Position numbers and translations under genes: made by a program. The notes beneath the pieces are model-generated. The model was not told the DNA's origin, searched no databases, and saw only the letters and a program-made list of their open reading frames with translations. From NCBI GenBank assembly GCA_025201805.1, contig MU619261.1, positions 8,437-61,617 on the forward strand: DNA of 53,181 bases. Direction: 5' to 3'. The stretch is from Parasitella parasitica NRRL 2501. Lineage: Eukaryota; Fungi; Mucoromycota. Shown here piece after piece: positions 22,667 through 36,140 of the stretch. Position 1 is the first letter of the stretch. Each line of letters opens with the position of its first letter.

Positions 22667-23705
22667 ATGGTAAAGTAGATCAATAGAATCATGAGGATAC
22701 ATTTTAGAGGGTAGATAGATTGACAGCTGGGATGGATGGGATTGTAGAAGGGTCGATGGATATTGATGTTCATGCAACAGATCATTCAGAACTTTTGGTT
22801 CTCCAGAGGAGGATCAAAGTTTTGTAGATGTGAAATGGCAGAACATCAATTGTGATAGAGACAAATTACATAGAAGGACATTAATTAACACTATGTTTCA
22901 CTGATAGGCTCCTACCAAGAAGTCCACTGGCAAGAAGGTTGCTCCTTCTCCTTATGCTGTCAAGGGAAAGCAAACTGGCAAGACTGCTGCCAACCCTTTG
23001 ATTGAAAAGACCCCCAAGAACTTTGGTGTCGGTCAAGATGTCCAACCCAAGCGTGATGTCTCTCGCTTTGTCAAGTGGCCCCACTATGTCAAGCTTCAAC
23101 GCCAAAAGAAGATCATCTATCAACGTCTCAAGGTCCCTCCTGCTCTTAACCAATTCACTCAAGTTTTGGACAAGAACACTGCTACCCAAGTCTTCAAGTT
23201 GATGCACAAGTACAGACCTGAGTCCAAGAACGAGAAGCGTGATCGTCTCCGTGCTGCTGCTCTTGCCAAGTCTGAGAAGAAGGACGTTGCTAAGACTGAC
23301 AAGCCTGTTGTCATCAAGTATGGTATCAACCACATCACTGCTTTGGTTGAAGCCAAGAAGGCTCAATTGGTCGTCATTGCTGATGATGTTGACCCCATTG
23401 AATTGGTTCTCTGGCTCCCCGCTCTTTGCCGCAAGATGGGTGTCCCTTATTGTATTGTCAAGGGTAAGGCTCGTCTTGGTACACTTGTCCACAAGAAAAC
23501 TGTCACTGCTCTTGCTTTGACCGAAGTCTCTGAAGCTGACAAGGCCGAGTTGGCTACTATCGTCTCTGCTGTCAACACCAACTTTACTGAGAAGTGGGAG
23601 GATGTCCGTCGTCACTGGGGTGGTGGCATCATGGGTCCCAAGTCCAATGCTAAGATGGCCAAGCGTGCTGCCATTGCTGCTAAGGAAATTGCTGCCCGTC
23701 AATAA
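22667..23705 (+). CDS. RPL8: 60S ribosomal protein eL8 (L8/L7a)
   Basis: ATG-only first coding exon 22667-22669, intron 22670-22907, then [51 protein letters not shown]; strong codon bias. Confidence 0.97.
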
Positions 23706-24077
23706 ACATAACGTTCTTTTCTCTATTTTTTTGCACTAGAAAAAATAAAAATATAAAGGACATCTCTTTTTTTTTTGTCAATAGGGTCTGAATGTGATTC
23801 AAGTGGTAGGGATTAATGGCTGTGGGTGTCAGGGGAGAGGTGGGAAAGTGGGAAAGTGGGAAAATGGGATATTCTTTATTGAAATACGCTTCTATTTATT
23901 AAGCAATATCTCCTTTAAGAGTAAAACTATCATTCTCTGATCCCGTCAATTAAATTAAAAATCTAGGGACAATGCACGCGTACAACCATGTATAAAAGGC
24001 AGCCAGAGGAAGACATAGAGAAGAAAGAGGGTACTTTGCAAACGCATTTCTCTTCTTTCTATATTTACACACATCTA

Positions 24078-24785
24078 ATGGAAGATATACACTTTTTCAA
24101 CACATTGGTCGTCTGGACTAGAAGCGTCGTGCTTATCCTGTCTATATTAGTCGTCATCCTATCACTCAGCATCTACAATTACAGCGCCGTGCCCGTATTT
24201 TCACTGCTTGAAGAGGATGCCACCAACATTGTCACCAAAGGGCATCAGGTCATTTACGACATGATCCAAGACCGAAGACTGATTGCGACACTAGTGGCAG
24301 CTCAAGCATCTATATTCTGTCCCTTATTCCTTCTCATGAGCGCATGCAGCGCATCTACCATTTGCCATGAATATGTCACTAGACGATCATTTATCATTCT
24401 GTCAACCTCTGAAATTTGGCGTGCCATCACTGAGCAATTCTGTCAATTTTTGATGCCGTTGGGCCTTGCGATGAGTTGGATATTCTGCATTACCTTTGAC
24501 CAAAGAACAGAGGCCGCATTAGCAAATCAAAACATGATGGGATTAAATTTTGCAGACGACCATGCGTTGGCTATTTACGTGGCAAACGGGCTAAAATATA
24601 TTGTTATTGTGGTGCTGGTCATGGAAGTGCTGGCAATTTGGCTATCGTCTTACACATATGCAGTCATTTTATTCAAAGCTCAGTATCAACAGCAAAGCAT
24701 ACGACTATACGAAGATGGCGAGAATAGTGTGCAAGAATATGCCGGGTTTCTGGGCCAAGAACAAGAAAAATTTTTATTCATTTAA
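24078..24785 (+). CDS. Hypothetical ~4-TM membrane protein
   Basis: Four hydrophobic segments; TATAAAA at ~23991 favours ATG 24078 over 23988. Confidence 0.6.
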   Translation: MEDIHFFNTLVVWTRSVVLILSILVVILSLSIYNYSAVPVFSLLEEDATNIVTKGHQVIYDMIQDRRLIATLVAAQASIFCPLFLLMSACSASTICHEYVTRRSFIILSTSEIWRAITEQFCQFLMPLGLAMSWIFCITFDQRTEAALANQNMMGLNFADDHALAIYVANGLKYIVIVVLVMEVLAIWLSSYTYAVILFKAQYQQQSIRLYEDGENSVQEYAGFLGQEQEKFLFI

Positions 24786-25903
24786 CGAAACTACATATAC
24801 AATAAAACTGTTATATTTAATATTTGCTTTGTATCTACATGTGTACTAATAGTCTTCCAGTATATTGTTTATTCTAGAGATAATGCAAATGACCTATGAT
24901 AAAGACAACGCAGATCTGAGTATTGCCCCACGAGCGAGCAATCCTCTTGAAGTAGTTGAGGAAAGCATTTTCTATACAATTAGTCAAAGTCAATAATTAC
25001 ATCGATATCTTGACGCAAATCACCCGAAATGTGTATCTGACCAGATTATCTGGCATAGTATAAGAGAATGGTATTCTCAGAGCATATCTCGACGGGAAAA
25101 CGAGACACAGAAAAGACGTCTTGGTAAAATCTAATCAGTCAAGGATCACTAAATCATTGATAAGTTCCCCTTTTTTTTTTATATATGTTTCATAATTTTG
25201 GTGCTTTTTGATTCTTTTCTTGGCCATGAATGAAGTGACATTAATATGAATATTTTATACTCCCATAACACTCATTTACGTTTAAAATATACCTAAAACC
25301 TCACTTTTTCCCCCCTTGTAACCCCTCGTTCTCAAATTCTAAGTTTCTTGAAATTCGGAGATTTCTCCATGAAAAATACAGCTGAAAAAGTCGATAAGCC
25401 ATCAATCTGTAGCTAGACAGCATACGCATTCAAAAAAACATGAATTTCAAATAAAATGCAATGGCCTAGCTTATTATGCATTCTGTTGCTATATTTTGTC
25501 GTAAATGTAATGCAACCCCGATACCGTTATTCAAAAGGGTTTGGTATTGCTTAACCTTATTGCCTTAAACATTGGGTTAAAAAATTGCTACAAAAAGAAC
25601 AGAGGGCAGAGTTTGAGAAGCCAAAGAACCAGGATGTTGATGCGCTAATTGCGTACGTCGCAGAGTGTGATTTAAAGTAGAGTGTTCGGTGGGTGGCTTT
25701 CACATTGTAGAGCCAATCAAGAGGATAGCGAAAGGACGCAAAAAAAAAAAAGTTTATATTGATTGAAAATTTTTAATTTTGATACGACTCCTTCGTTTTA
25801 GCAAATTGACTTAGTCACCGCTGGTATGGTGATAACAAAGCGAAACGCTCCACAATTGCTTGATTATTAACGCTTCAACAATAGAGAATTCATAACTATT
25901 AGA

Positions 25904-26330
25904 ATGTCCTACGTCGCTAAGAACTCTACCCAAAAGCCTGGTCTTGAGGAACAAGATCAACCCAAGTAAGTTTTGCCATTTGCAGATGCAAATGATGAGT
26001 TCTGATGACTTTCATCTATCTAGGATCCACCGTATCCGTATCACCTTGACTTCTCGCAATGTTAAGAACTTGGAGAAGGTCTCTTCCGACCTTATCCAAC
26101 GTGCCAAGGATAAGCAACTCAAAGTTAAGGGTCCCGTCCGTCTCCCCACCAAGGTTCTTCGTATCACTACCCGTAAGTCTCCCTGTGGTAACGGTTCTGA
26201 GACTTTTGACCGCTTCGAGATGAGAATCCACAAGCGTTTGATCGATTTGCACTCTCCCTCTGAGATTGTCAAGCAAATCACCTCCATCTCCATCGAACCC
26301 GGAGTTGAGGTTGAGGTTACCATTGCTTAA
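25904..26330 (+). CDS. RPS20: 40S ribosomal protein uS10 (S20)
   Basis: [11 protein letters not shown]|[33 protein letters not shown]; intron 25966-26023; probable 5'-UTR intron 25824-25902. Confidence 0.97.
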
Positions 26331-26732
26331 ATATTTCACTATATTTAGTTATAGTCTCTGTAGCAAATGCTTGCCATCTCTTGCAGCCAGGTTTTTTGCA
26401 ATAAAAAAAACATCAAAATTACATTGTTTGCTCTGCATATTCGGTACAGTAATAGTTTGTGGTTATTCCAAACATTTTTAAGTTAAGGTAACATCTTTTA
26501 CTGAAATATAAAGATGTTGTCATCGCTGCAATGATTCCTCATCTAGTGTCCTTCACATGCACATCAGAAATAATCTGCTATGTATACAGTTTGGATACGA
26601 GCTAATCGCAAGCTAATTTCTGCGGGGAAGAGATAGGCATTATCGCGACCAAAATTCAACAGTGCAAAATCTTTTTTTTTTCTTTCTTTGTCAACATCTT
26701 TCCCTGGGTGTATACAAACAGAGACAGCAACA

Positions 26733-27932
26733 ATGGATGCAAACAATAAGCAGCCCAACGATAGCGGTGATTTCCCAGATATAACTCAACAAGAGGCTTT
26801 ATTATTACAACAACAACAACAACAACTGCAGCGGCATCATCAGCAGGAACTTGCTACTGCTGCCACTATCGATATCGAGATATCTCCAGAGCAACAGCGC
26901 AGACAGCCCTCACGTCTCCAGCAAATAGTGCACCAGTTGAGTAAACGAAAAATAAAAGCATTCATATACAATTGGCGTTGGTATTTGGCGCTTCTCGTTT
27001 TCATTATAATATCATCTGCGTTTATGGTTGCTCATCGCCGCCAGTTTTTGCAAGCATTAGAGACATTTAGCGATAAATTGACAGGCATGGGATACAGGTG
27101 AGTTTTTCAATGGTTGACGTTATGCAGCACAACTGATGCCACATATTGTATGTATAACAGTGGATACATCCTCTTGTCTGTTTTAATCTTTTCAAGCGCA
27201 TTTCCTCCGATCCTCGGGTACAGCACATATCAAACCCTATCTGGATTCACATTTGGATTTTCAATTGGATTCCCCATCTCTTATTTCAGTGCTTTGGCTG
27301 GAGCTGTTGTCTGTTTCCAACTGTCCCGTACTTTTCTCAAGGCGCGTGTTGTCCAAACTTTGTCGAAATACCCCAATCTAGAGGCTGCTGTGAAAGCCGT
27401 GGAAAAAAAGGGGTTTCGGCTGTTCTTGCTGATTCGATTCTCACCTTATCCTTTCAATTTGTTGAATGTGCTTTTCGCTGCCACCAACATCTCTCTGTTT
27501 CAATTTGCTGCAGGAACAGGTATATCGTTGCTTAAAATTGCATTACATGTGTATATAGGTGCAAATTTAACTTCGTTTGCTAAACATGTGCTGGGAGAGG
27601 ATCAAGATTTGTCAGAGTCAGAGCAGAGAGTGATGAAAATTAGGTTTGCTGCTGCTATTTTCTTCTCGTTGCTTGCTTTTGTAGTCATGGGTTATTTGTA
27701 TCGAGTAGCGAAAGCAGCTATTGCTGAGACTGCAGCCACTGATGAGGAGCAGATGTCCTTTTTGAATCATCAAGATGAGGAGGAAGGACTCTTGGATGCT
27801 GTGGACGACGGCAATAATAGTATAAATGAGTCTACTCTGCAAGTAAATACCAATTCGGTAGCAGATGAGCCTAGAGAGAGCGTTTCCTTGGATGCTTGGG
27901 ATGCTTGGGGAGATGACGATGATAATCACTAA
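26733..27932 (+). CDS. TVP38: TVP38/TMEM64 DedA-family (SNARE-associated Golgi) membrane protein
   Basis: FPPILGYSTYQTLSGFTFGF..GF; LLIRFSPYPFNLLN; intron 27098-27160. Confidence 0.85.
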
Positions 27933-28718
27933 GCTCAATCCAAGAAGAAAATTCTGGACAAGATAATCATAATATTTATTGACTGTAATGAAAACGATAT
28001 TCTCTCCTTCTTTTTGCTTACCAACGTGCATGTATGTTTTTCGATTCATCTCATGTTTTTTGCCATAAAACTCTCACACATTTATCAGATACCATTGACA
28101 GCATTATGAGGCTCATGAAAAATCTTATACAGTTTGGACATTGTATATATACGCGAAAATACATTTTTTCTATGAGGTAAAGCCACTTACAAAATATGGT
28201 CTGCCATATCATCAGATAATCCATGTTGTGCAACTAAAATGAGCGGACATCTTTCGCAAAATGGATTACTACATGACGCTATTCCAATGTTGATCATTCC
28301 TTAACATGTTGACCCTTTGTCACACTTGCTATCATTGGCGTTATGTGGCATCGAAAATATTTTCATCATGAGGTTACATACATAATATGTACGCTCGTTA
28401 TCCTCCTACAGCCAGCATTTGGACCCCTAAAAATTGCCATGTATGCGTATGTTTTTAACAAACAAACTGCTAATTATACGTGGACGTCTAACGTACTGTA
28501 GCACGCAAATATAAATATATTTCACTATCACAAACTATTTTAAATAATCTTTTAGTACCACTTGGATGAGTAATATAGAGTTTTTTCCTTTTGTCTCAAG
28601 ATGGAATATTAAGCTTTCTTATCGTTTATGCAAAAAATGAAACAAATGCGTGTCGATCGTATGCACTAATCTACCGTACGACTAGGGAAAAATCAACTTT
28701 TTAGCCCTTAGTGCGTTT

Positions 28719-28735
28719 GTGTGTGTGTGTGTGTG
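28719..28735. repeat. (GT)n microsatellite
   Basis: gtgtgtgtgtgtgtgtg. Confidence 0.8.
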
Positions 28736-28805
28736 CTACATACGCAATTTAGTATAAATACAGGGTCAAATCAGAAATTACAGTTTTTCTGTATCTTTTT
28801 CAAAA

Positions 28806-30482
28806 ATGAGAAAATCACTTGTATTGTCATCATTATTGGCATTTGGCTGCTACTTGACCGAGGCTAAAACTTATACTACAAAGGTCGTCATCTTGGGTGG
28901 TGGTGTCAGTGGTATTAGTGCCGCATTAAATTTGACAGCTAATGGTATTACCGACATCATGATGGTGGAGGCCAGGGATACTTTGGGTGGTAGAGCTCAA
29001 GATGTGCCATTTGGGGATATAAACGTTGAATTTGGCTGCAACTGGGTTCAAGGTCTGGGCACAAACCCTATCCATGAACTGGCTCTCAAGTATCAGCTTC
29101 GTACTGCTGTCACCAACGGCGACGATGTTGTCTTTTACGGTGAAAACGGCAAGATCAACGCAACTGAGAGATACAATGAAATGAACAAGTATTACGAAAT
29201 TTTGTCTCAAGATGCTGGTATGTCAATTTTGCGCATATGTTGCATTTCACTATACGCTAATACATCTTCATAGTCAAAAGAGTCCAAAAGGATCAAGTCG
29301 ATCTTTCTGGTAAAGTCGGCCTGGATATCGCTGGTTGGTATGCCAAAGACGCTATTGACGATGCCATTGAATACTATGTTTGGGATTGGGAGATGGGAGA
29401 ATCCCCAGAGCTCTCTTCCACCATCTTTGCTGTCGTTAATGATCAATGGACTTATGGCGAAAAAGCTTTTGGCCCTAATAGTGATGGAGATAAGTTTGTG
29501 GTTGATCCTCGGTATGTATACATGTCATGACTTATTAGGTTGCCAATTTTCTCATACAGTCTATAGTGGTTTCAAGCATATCTTCCAAGAAGAAGCCAAG
29601 ACAGTCTTCAAGCCTAATGATGAGCGCTTGCTGCTGAATACTGTTGTAACCAAGATTGAGTACAGCGATGCTGGTGTTACAGTTTATACCAATACTGGCG
29701 ATATCATCAATGCTGAATTTGCCATTTCAACATTCAGTATAGGTGTGCTTCAACACAAGGATATCGAATGGAGCCCCAAATTACCTGCATGGAAACTGGA
29801 AGGTATCTATGGCTTCCATATGGCCACCTATACCAAGATCTTCATGAACTTCCCTACTAAATTCTGGGATGAAAACCAATTCGTCGTTTGGGCTGATCCT
29901 GATCAACGTGGCTACTTTAATTCATTCCAAAATCTCAACATCAAGGGATTCTTGCCAGACAACTCTACCAGCAACATATTCTTTGTCACTGTTACTCAAG
30001 ACTTGTCTTATCGTGTTGAAGCCATGACTGATGACGAGGTCAAGGCCGAAGTTATGGTTGTACTGCGTCGCATGTATGGTAATAATATCCCTGAGCCTAC
30101 CGACTTCAAGTTCCCTCGCTGGCACAGCAACCCATTGTTCCGTGGTAGTTACAGTAACTGGCCCATTGGAGAATTGGATGAACACCATGTCAATATGAAA
30201 GCCTCTTTGAGCAACCGTGTCTTCTTTGCTGGCGAAGCTATGAGCGAGAAATTCTTTGGGTTCCTTCAGGTATATGAAAGAACATAGATAGTGACATAAA
30301 TTAAGCGCTTGTTTATTAACATTGATATTTTATGTTAGGGTGCCTGGTACAGTGGCGCTGAAACTGCCTTGAAAGTTGCTCAATGTATTCAGGGCAAATG
30401 CTCCCCATCTGAATACTACGAGGAAATTACAAACGCAAAGCTTCAAGCTAGCGTTGTTCGCAACTCCCTCTTACAGAAGTAA
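28806..30482 (+). CDS. Secreted FAD-dependent polyamine oxidase (flavin amine oxidase)
   Basis: Signal peptide; VVILGGGVSG; EARDTLGGR; VEFGCNW; YTKIF; FRGSYSNWP; FAGEA..GFLQ|GAW; introns 29218-29273, 29512-29566, 30270-30338. Confidence 0.92.
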
Positions 30483-32156
30483 TAGTTTATCAGTCTTATT
30501 AAATAAAAAAAAATCGCATTTGCTAATCCCATAAAAGATTTTGAGACGCTACAAGTAAAATCACAAATTTGAGTGAAATTATGATCGCTAAATTCAAAAC
30601 TATAATAGTCTTTGAGATGGCACCGATAATTGAGCTCGTGCCTTACTAAGATACGCCTCGTAAATACTGTCCCCCTTACATTTCACTTCAATGTCAAGTG
30701 CTTCTTAATTGTTGTTGACCCTACTGTTGAATTCTCAATCTACTCTACTCCTTGAGTATGGTGTTTCTTATTTCTCCATCAGTGCTTTGCTTTATAACAA
30801 GCTTAGCTCTCTCTAAAATCCTTCTTCTTATATCCTTATTAGAACTTGAATTATCTTTTTTTTTGCAGCCATAGTTTTGCTGGTAGATTGTGCTGCTAAA
30901 CCTTAGTTTTCTCCTGATCACGCTTGGTTGATTCTATAGAATGTGGTCTGTCATGATTATGATCTACTTTCTCTCTTTGATAGATGTAAAAGAACAGCTG
31001 GGCCCCCTTTCAAACATAGATAATAGTTAATATATAAGAATTAAAAAGATAGCTCAAAAAGCTCATTTAAAATAACCTTTACTCTTGGGTATTGTGATTT
31101 CGTTTTCTCTCAGATGTTTAGAGGCTACAGATAGTCTCTGGGTGGTTTCTAATTTTACAGAGGTGCCATACCTTAGCCTTGCGACTCCCGTAATAAAGAT
31201 TCTATGTGTAACAACGGAAAAATAGAGAATCAATGAACTCGAGGAGTATTAGGGCTGTTCAGGATCATCTCATCTGCTTGTAATGGAAATATTGTGTAAA
31301 TGCTCAGAAGCTGGACAACTTGACAACTATCTCTGAACAGTAAATGATTTATATGAGATTGAATTCAATATTAACAAAATATCTACTGTATATGTTACCT
31401 TTGAACACTTTAAATGTGAACTGTCAATTAAGCTATGTTATTGTACAATTTTTGGTGTCAACATGATTGACTATATCTTTGCCATTCTCGAATATAACAT
31501 TCTGAAGATATTGGTGTACTTCAACACAAGGAAATCCGAATAAAAACTAGAAGGTATATATCATCACTTATACCACGTTAGCCGGATCAATGTGGGTTTT
31601 ATATACTCCTGGAGACATTTAGACATTTATAGATATTACTTTTATGAACTCAAGACTGGAGATGTATTTGTGTTGTGCCCCATGTAGGGTAACAATATCC
31701 CTGAGCCTACTAATTCTTAATTTTCTCGTTGCCATAGCAACCCCCTTGTTTTCTGGAGGCTATGACAAGATACGCATCATGTCACTACAAGTATTGTCGA
31801 GTAGCGAAGCCATACGCACAAAGTTTGTTGGAGCTTTACAAGGCCTTCGATTTATAGTGGAGCTGAAGCTGCTCAATGCGCCGATAAAAGCAAAATGCCC
31901 TGAAGCTGTCTGTATGTCACGCACCAGAAGAGAATTGCCACTACAATTACTGTTGATGTCCCACTTTTAGACAAATAAGCCAGTTTTGATAACAATGACG
32001 ATAATTTATTATATAAATGAATATAAAAAGAACATGTTCCCAATTAAAAGATCTCCTTCTTGCTCCCACCACACAATATAACTAACGAAAATTTTCAGCA
32101 GCACTTGATACACATACACACATTTAGTATTTTTTTTTTTTTTTTTTTTCTATACG

Positions 32157-33739
32157 CTAATCCACATCCATTAAATCTCGGGGACGCTCACGATTGTTAT
32201 CAGAGTTGTTTTCAGCCTCAACTTCGGTAGAACTGCCTGAGGCTAAGCTACGCACCGAGCGAGGGTTCCTTCGTTGAGCATGATGATGGTAAAACAAAAT
32301 ATCTCCATCACGTGGAGCACGGGTAGCTATAGTAGGTGTAGTGTGATGATTTTGATTGGTAGTAACAGGAAGTGATGAACGTCTATGTTGAGCTGCTTGA
32401 TTGGTATTATTTTCTTGTCCATTATTATGTTCAGCAATAGGTATGGCCATGACATCTAAAGCAACGTTGTCTTCCAAATGTACGACTTGTTCAGCAGGTG
32501 GAGGCGGAGGCGGAGCAGCAGCAACGACTGCAGCTGCAGCTGCTTGTGTTGTTGACGATGTTGCTGTGGGATTGGGTGGTGTAAGATTAGTGTGAGGTCG
32601 TTCCACACACCACCAGCGATGACCATCAGCCCAGGCTTTTGACTGACATGACTTTGAACAATACTTTGCTTTTCGACTATGCAACAATTTAGAGCTCTGG
32701 TAGATATATCGAAAATGCAACCCTCTTCTTACCAGCGACGGCATTTGGCAAATTCGCGTGGGAACCGCTCCCATTTACCACATTGCATGTTTGCACATTG
32801 TCGAACACCTCCTCTTGCTTCGTCTTTTCTACAAGCATTTCTCATAATGACACCAGCCCAATAGATAATAGCAGCGGGATGAAGACGATGAGTGAACTTT
32901 TCAACGACAGAGAACACATTGAGGCGATGATTTGAGTGAAAGGCTTGACGAATTAATGGGTATTTAGATAGATAAGCGAGTAACTGCAGAGAGAGTAGAA
33001 TATCTTCTTCACGATGCAGTATTGCATCTGTTGATAGATTATTTAAAAGTGGGATGCTTGATAAAGAGGCGGTATAAGGCTTTGGTTTTGGCTTTCCAGT
33101 GCGAGTCATAAAAGTATTTCTCTTTGGGATAACGAATAACATATTTAGGCTAGTGTTCTTGGGCATTCTATTATTATCAACATGGTAGTTTATAGGGAAT
33201 CCTTTTTCTACAATGTTAGTAGAAGAGGAAGATGTCGGCATCGTCGGTAAAGTCAGAGCTGTAGGATGTTGTTGTTGGTGAAAATGATGATTTGTTTGTT
33301 GTTGTTGCTGTTGTTGCTGTTGCTGTTTCTTTTCTTGGTCTTTTTCCAGTTTTGCTTGATCCAGTGCATTCATAAAATTTTCGAGGATGGCCAATACAAT
33401 ATGTACAGCACCTGCTTCAACTACACGGGACCTAATAGCTTCAGTGCCACGTACGCCTACGTTTACAACACATTGAAAAGCTAGAGACCATTTCCATAAG
33501 GAATGTTTATCTGTATGTTGGCAAGTAGCTAAAATCTTAACGAGTCTTTCTAAACCACCATCAGCGGCCAGGATTTCACGAATACGTGGTGATGTTGAGG
33601 TCATGTAAGCAAGATGGGTAAGTGAGTTTACTAAGGGTAAAGTTGCTGTACAATCAAGAGCTCGACGATCATATAAGGTGGATGTGATAACTACAGCTGC
33701 TCTATTCTGCGCTGGAGAGCTAAAATTTGGTTCACGCAT
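32157..33739 (-). CDS. MUB1: MYND-type zinc finger protein Mub1/SamB
   Basis: TLYDRRALDC..PLVNSLTHLAYMTSTSPRIRE; GGVRQCANMQCGKWE..EFAKCRR|..KAKYCSKSCQSKAWADGHRWWC; intron ~32732-32678. Confidence 0.88.
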
Positions 33740-34625
33740 TCTCTCTCTTTTTTTTTTTTTTTCTGTATGAAGTGGGTGTATATAATCTAATTTTCTGTTT
33801 GGATACGATAAAAAAGAAAAAGAAAGAAGAAGAGGGAAATAAAAGAAAAGCGAAAAAAAAAAAATATTAATAATAAAATTTCTTGTTCAAGCTGTGGTTT
33901 TGGTGCGCCATTGATTATTACGTTTTTTTCTAATGTTGCCTGATTAACTTGCAAAGGCTACAGGTTTATTGTGTCTCCCTGTTTAATAAACACATTTTCT
34001 TTGTGATTTCCTTCTCCTTTTTTCATTCAATGTTACTTTTTACCTGACGAGTACTATCAATGTGGTGTCTACGATACAATGACCCGGAATTTCAATTGAA
34101 AACGTCATTCAATACCAATTGATTTGATCACTTTGATGACCAGTAAAGGTTAAAAAAAAGTTTGCTTCTTTAGAGCTATTTTTGTAACCACAACAATCAA
34201 TTTACAATCGCCATCATTTAGGTGCATTATATTGCGGAAAATCCGGTTCTGTATTATCGGACAGATTACAGCCTCAAAATCCGAGTTGGGTACTCCAAAC
34301 CCACAACATCAGCCAGTTTCATGTAACTCGTAATCGATGTTACAGTTACTCCTTCCTCATTTGCATTGAATAACAACAACAACGGATCAAATGAAATATA
34401 CTCCGCTTTTGGATAAAGCAAAAAACAGCTTTCAACAATAAGATACGCATACAATTTGGCAAATTAAAAAACTTTTGTATACAGCTCACACGGCATATAG
34501 CTTGCAATGACTTTCGATTTCGTTCGATCAACTTATAATGAGTACATAAAAATCGTTGAAAGTATGTATTGTTGGCCAAATTGTATAAAAAAGATAAGCC
34601 TCTTTATCATACTCCCTTGATTTTA

Positions 34626-36140
34626 TTAATTTTCCATATCCCCTGGCTCATGTAAACTATTTCTTTTCAACAATACACACTCTCCGCCATTTTCCAGGTC
34701 AATATTGTACTGATAAAAGTAGCCTTCTGCAGTAACCACAAGCACTTGCGGAGTAGTACTATAGCCAGATGCATAAACAAAGCATGATCAGATACAAAAG
34801 ATCAGTAAGCGTTTGAATTGAATAACTAAATACCTGCTTAAAGCAACCAAACTACGTACACCAACATTTGGTAATTTTAACGAAGCAAAATGACGAGAGG
34901 GTTCCCACATATCTGTTAATCTATCTGGTAAAAATGATCCCATGCTGCGTCCAATATTTTGAAGTGAGGATCTTCTTTGCCTGTGTATCAGGAACTTCAG
35001 ATTTGTGTACCTAGCATAAACCAAAACCGTAAAAAAAAAAAAGAAAGCTTACATGGAAGTTGTTGTTGCGGAAAAGTCACTCTTATCCAAAGAATGGTCG
35101 CCAGAGGTATCGTTGTTGGATGACAGCTTGAAAATATGAACTGTCTCGGTATCGCTTGAAACACACAGTAATGTACTAACAAGGTTAAAAGACATGGAGT
35201 AAATCCTGGCAGAGTAAGAGCCTCTTCTAAACTGATATACTTTATCTGCCCTTGGGATTGTAAATACACGTATTACTGTACCCTAATTTAAACATGCATG
35301 TAAGCATCCTTAATCATACAGGACGCATTATTGAATGCTTCGTACCTTTTCACTCGCAGTCGCCATCAATGTGCCTTCTAAGTTCATAGAAATGCAGCTT
35401 ATGGTAGATTTGTGTGCCTGCACTATATTTTCCAACTTCATTGTATTGGCATCGTAAATCTCGATATCTCCTATGCCATTGTAAGTGGGAGATGAGTTGG
35501 AGTAAGATGATGTTGTATAATAGTCTGAAGCTCGTAGCGGTTGGTAAGCCAAGTAACAGTTGTCACTTGAGGGAGATAATGCACAAATTGCTAAACCAAC
35601 AATAAGTATTTATTCTCTTTATTTCCTTGCCTTTGTATCGTATTTACCTTGAGGATTGGAAATTGTATCCAGTGTATGCAACAATTTCATGTTACTGATA
35701 TCATACACAAAAATTTGTTTTTCCAGTACAACAATCAATCTTTTCCGATTCATTTTGACTGATAAAATAGGGGTCTCAAAGGTCAATTCACAAATGGTGC
35801 TTTCTCGTTTCGTATTTTTGATGCGTAAGTGCACTGAAGGTGAATTGTCATTCAATCCAACCAACGCAACCAGGGATGTACAAAACAGCATCTCAATATG
35901 GCCTATACCGCTATCCACTATCCGTATGCGAAATAACACATAAATACGACGCGTATTGCACTCGTGGAATATTAACTCACCTTTAGAATAGCATTTTGCA
36001 AACGGATCACAATTATATATACGATAACCCAATCTTGTACCAACGGATATACAGCTGAAGTCTTGGTTAAAGTTGACGCTTGTGATTTGCTTTGACTCAT
36101 TCTCTTCTCTTATTGATTGCTCTTGATCGGTTATCGTCAT
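34626..36140 (-). CDS. ATG18: Autophagy-related PROPPIN (WD40) Atg18/WIPI, multi-exon
   Basis: [24 protein letters not shown]; [13 protein letters not shown]; AHKSTIS..ATASEK; FRRG lipid-binding motif (~35230); [13 protein letters not shown]; GGECVL. Confidence 0.92.

Noticed and set aside
22881-23702. 273-aa antisense ORF over RPL8 (likewise antisense ORFs over RPS20)
   Set aside because: Shadow ORFs expected from the strong codon bias of highly expressed ribosomal protein genes.
25991-26010. Box C (ATGATGA) and box D (CTGA) motifs in the RPS20 intron
   Set aside because: They are only a few nt apart in a 58-nt intron, too short for a C/D snoRNA.
31644-31970. 108-aa ORF between the polyamine oxidase and MUB1
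   Set aside because: No recognisable motif on either strand; unsupported.
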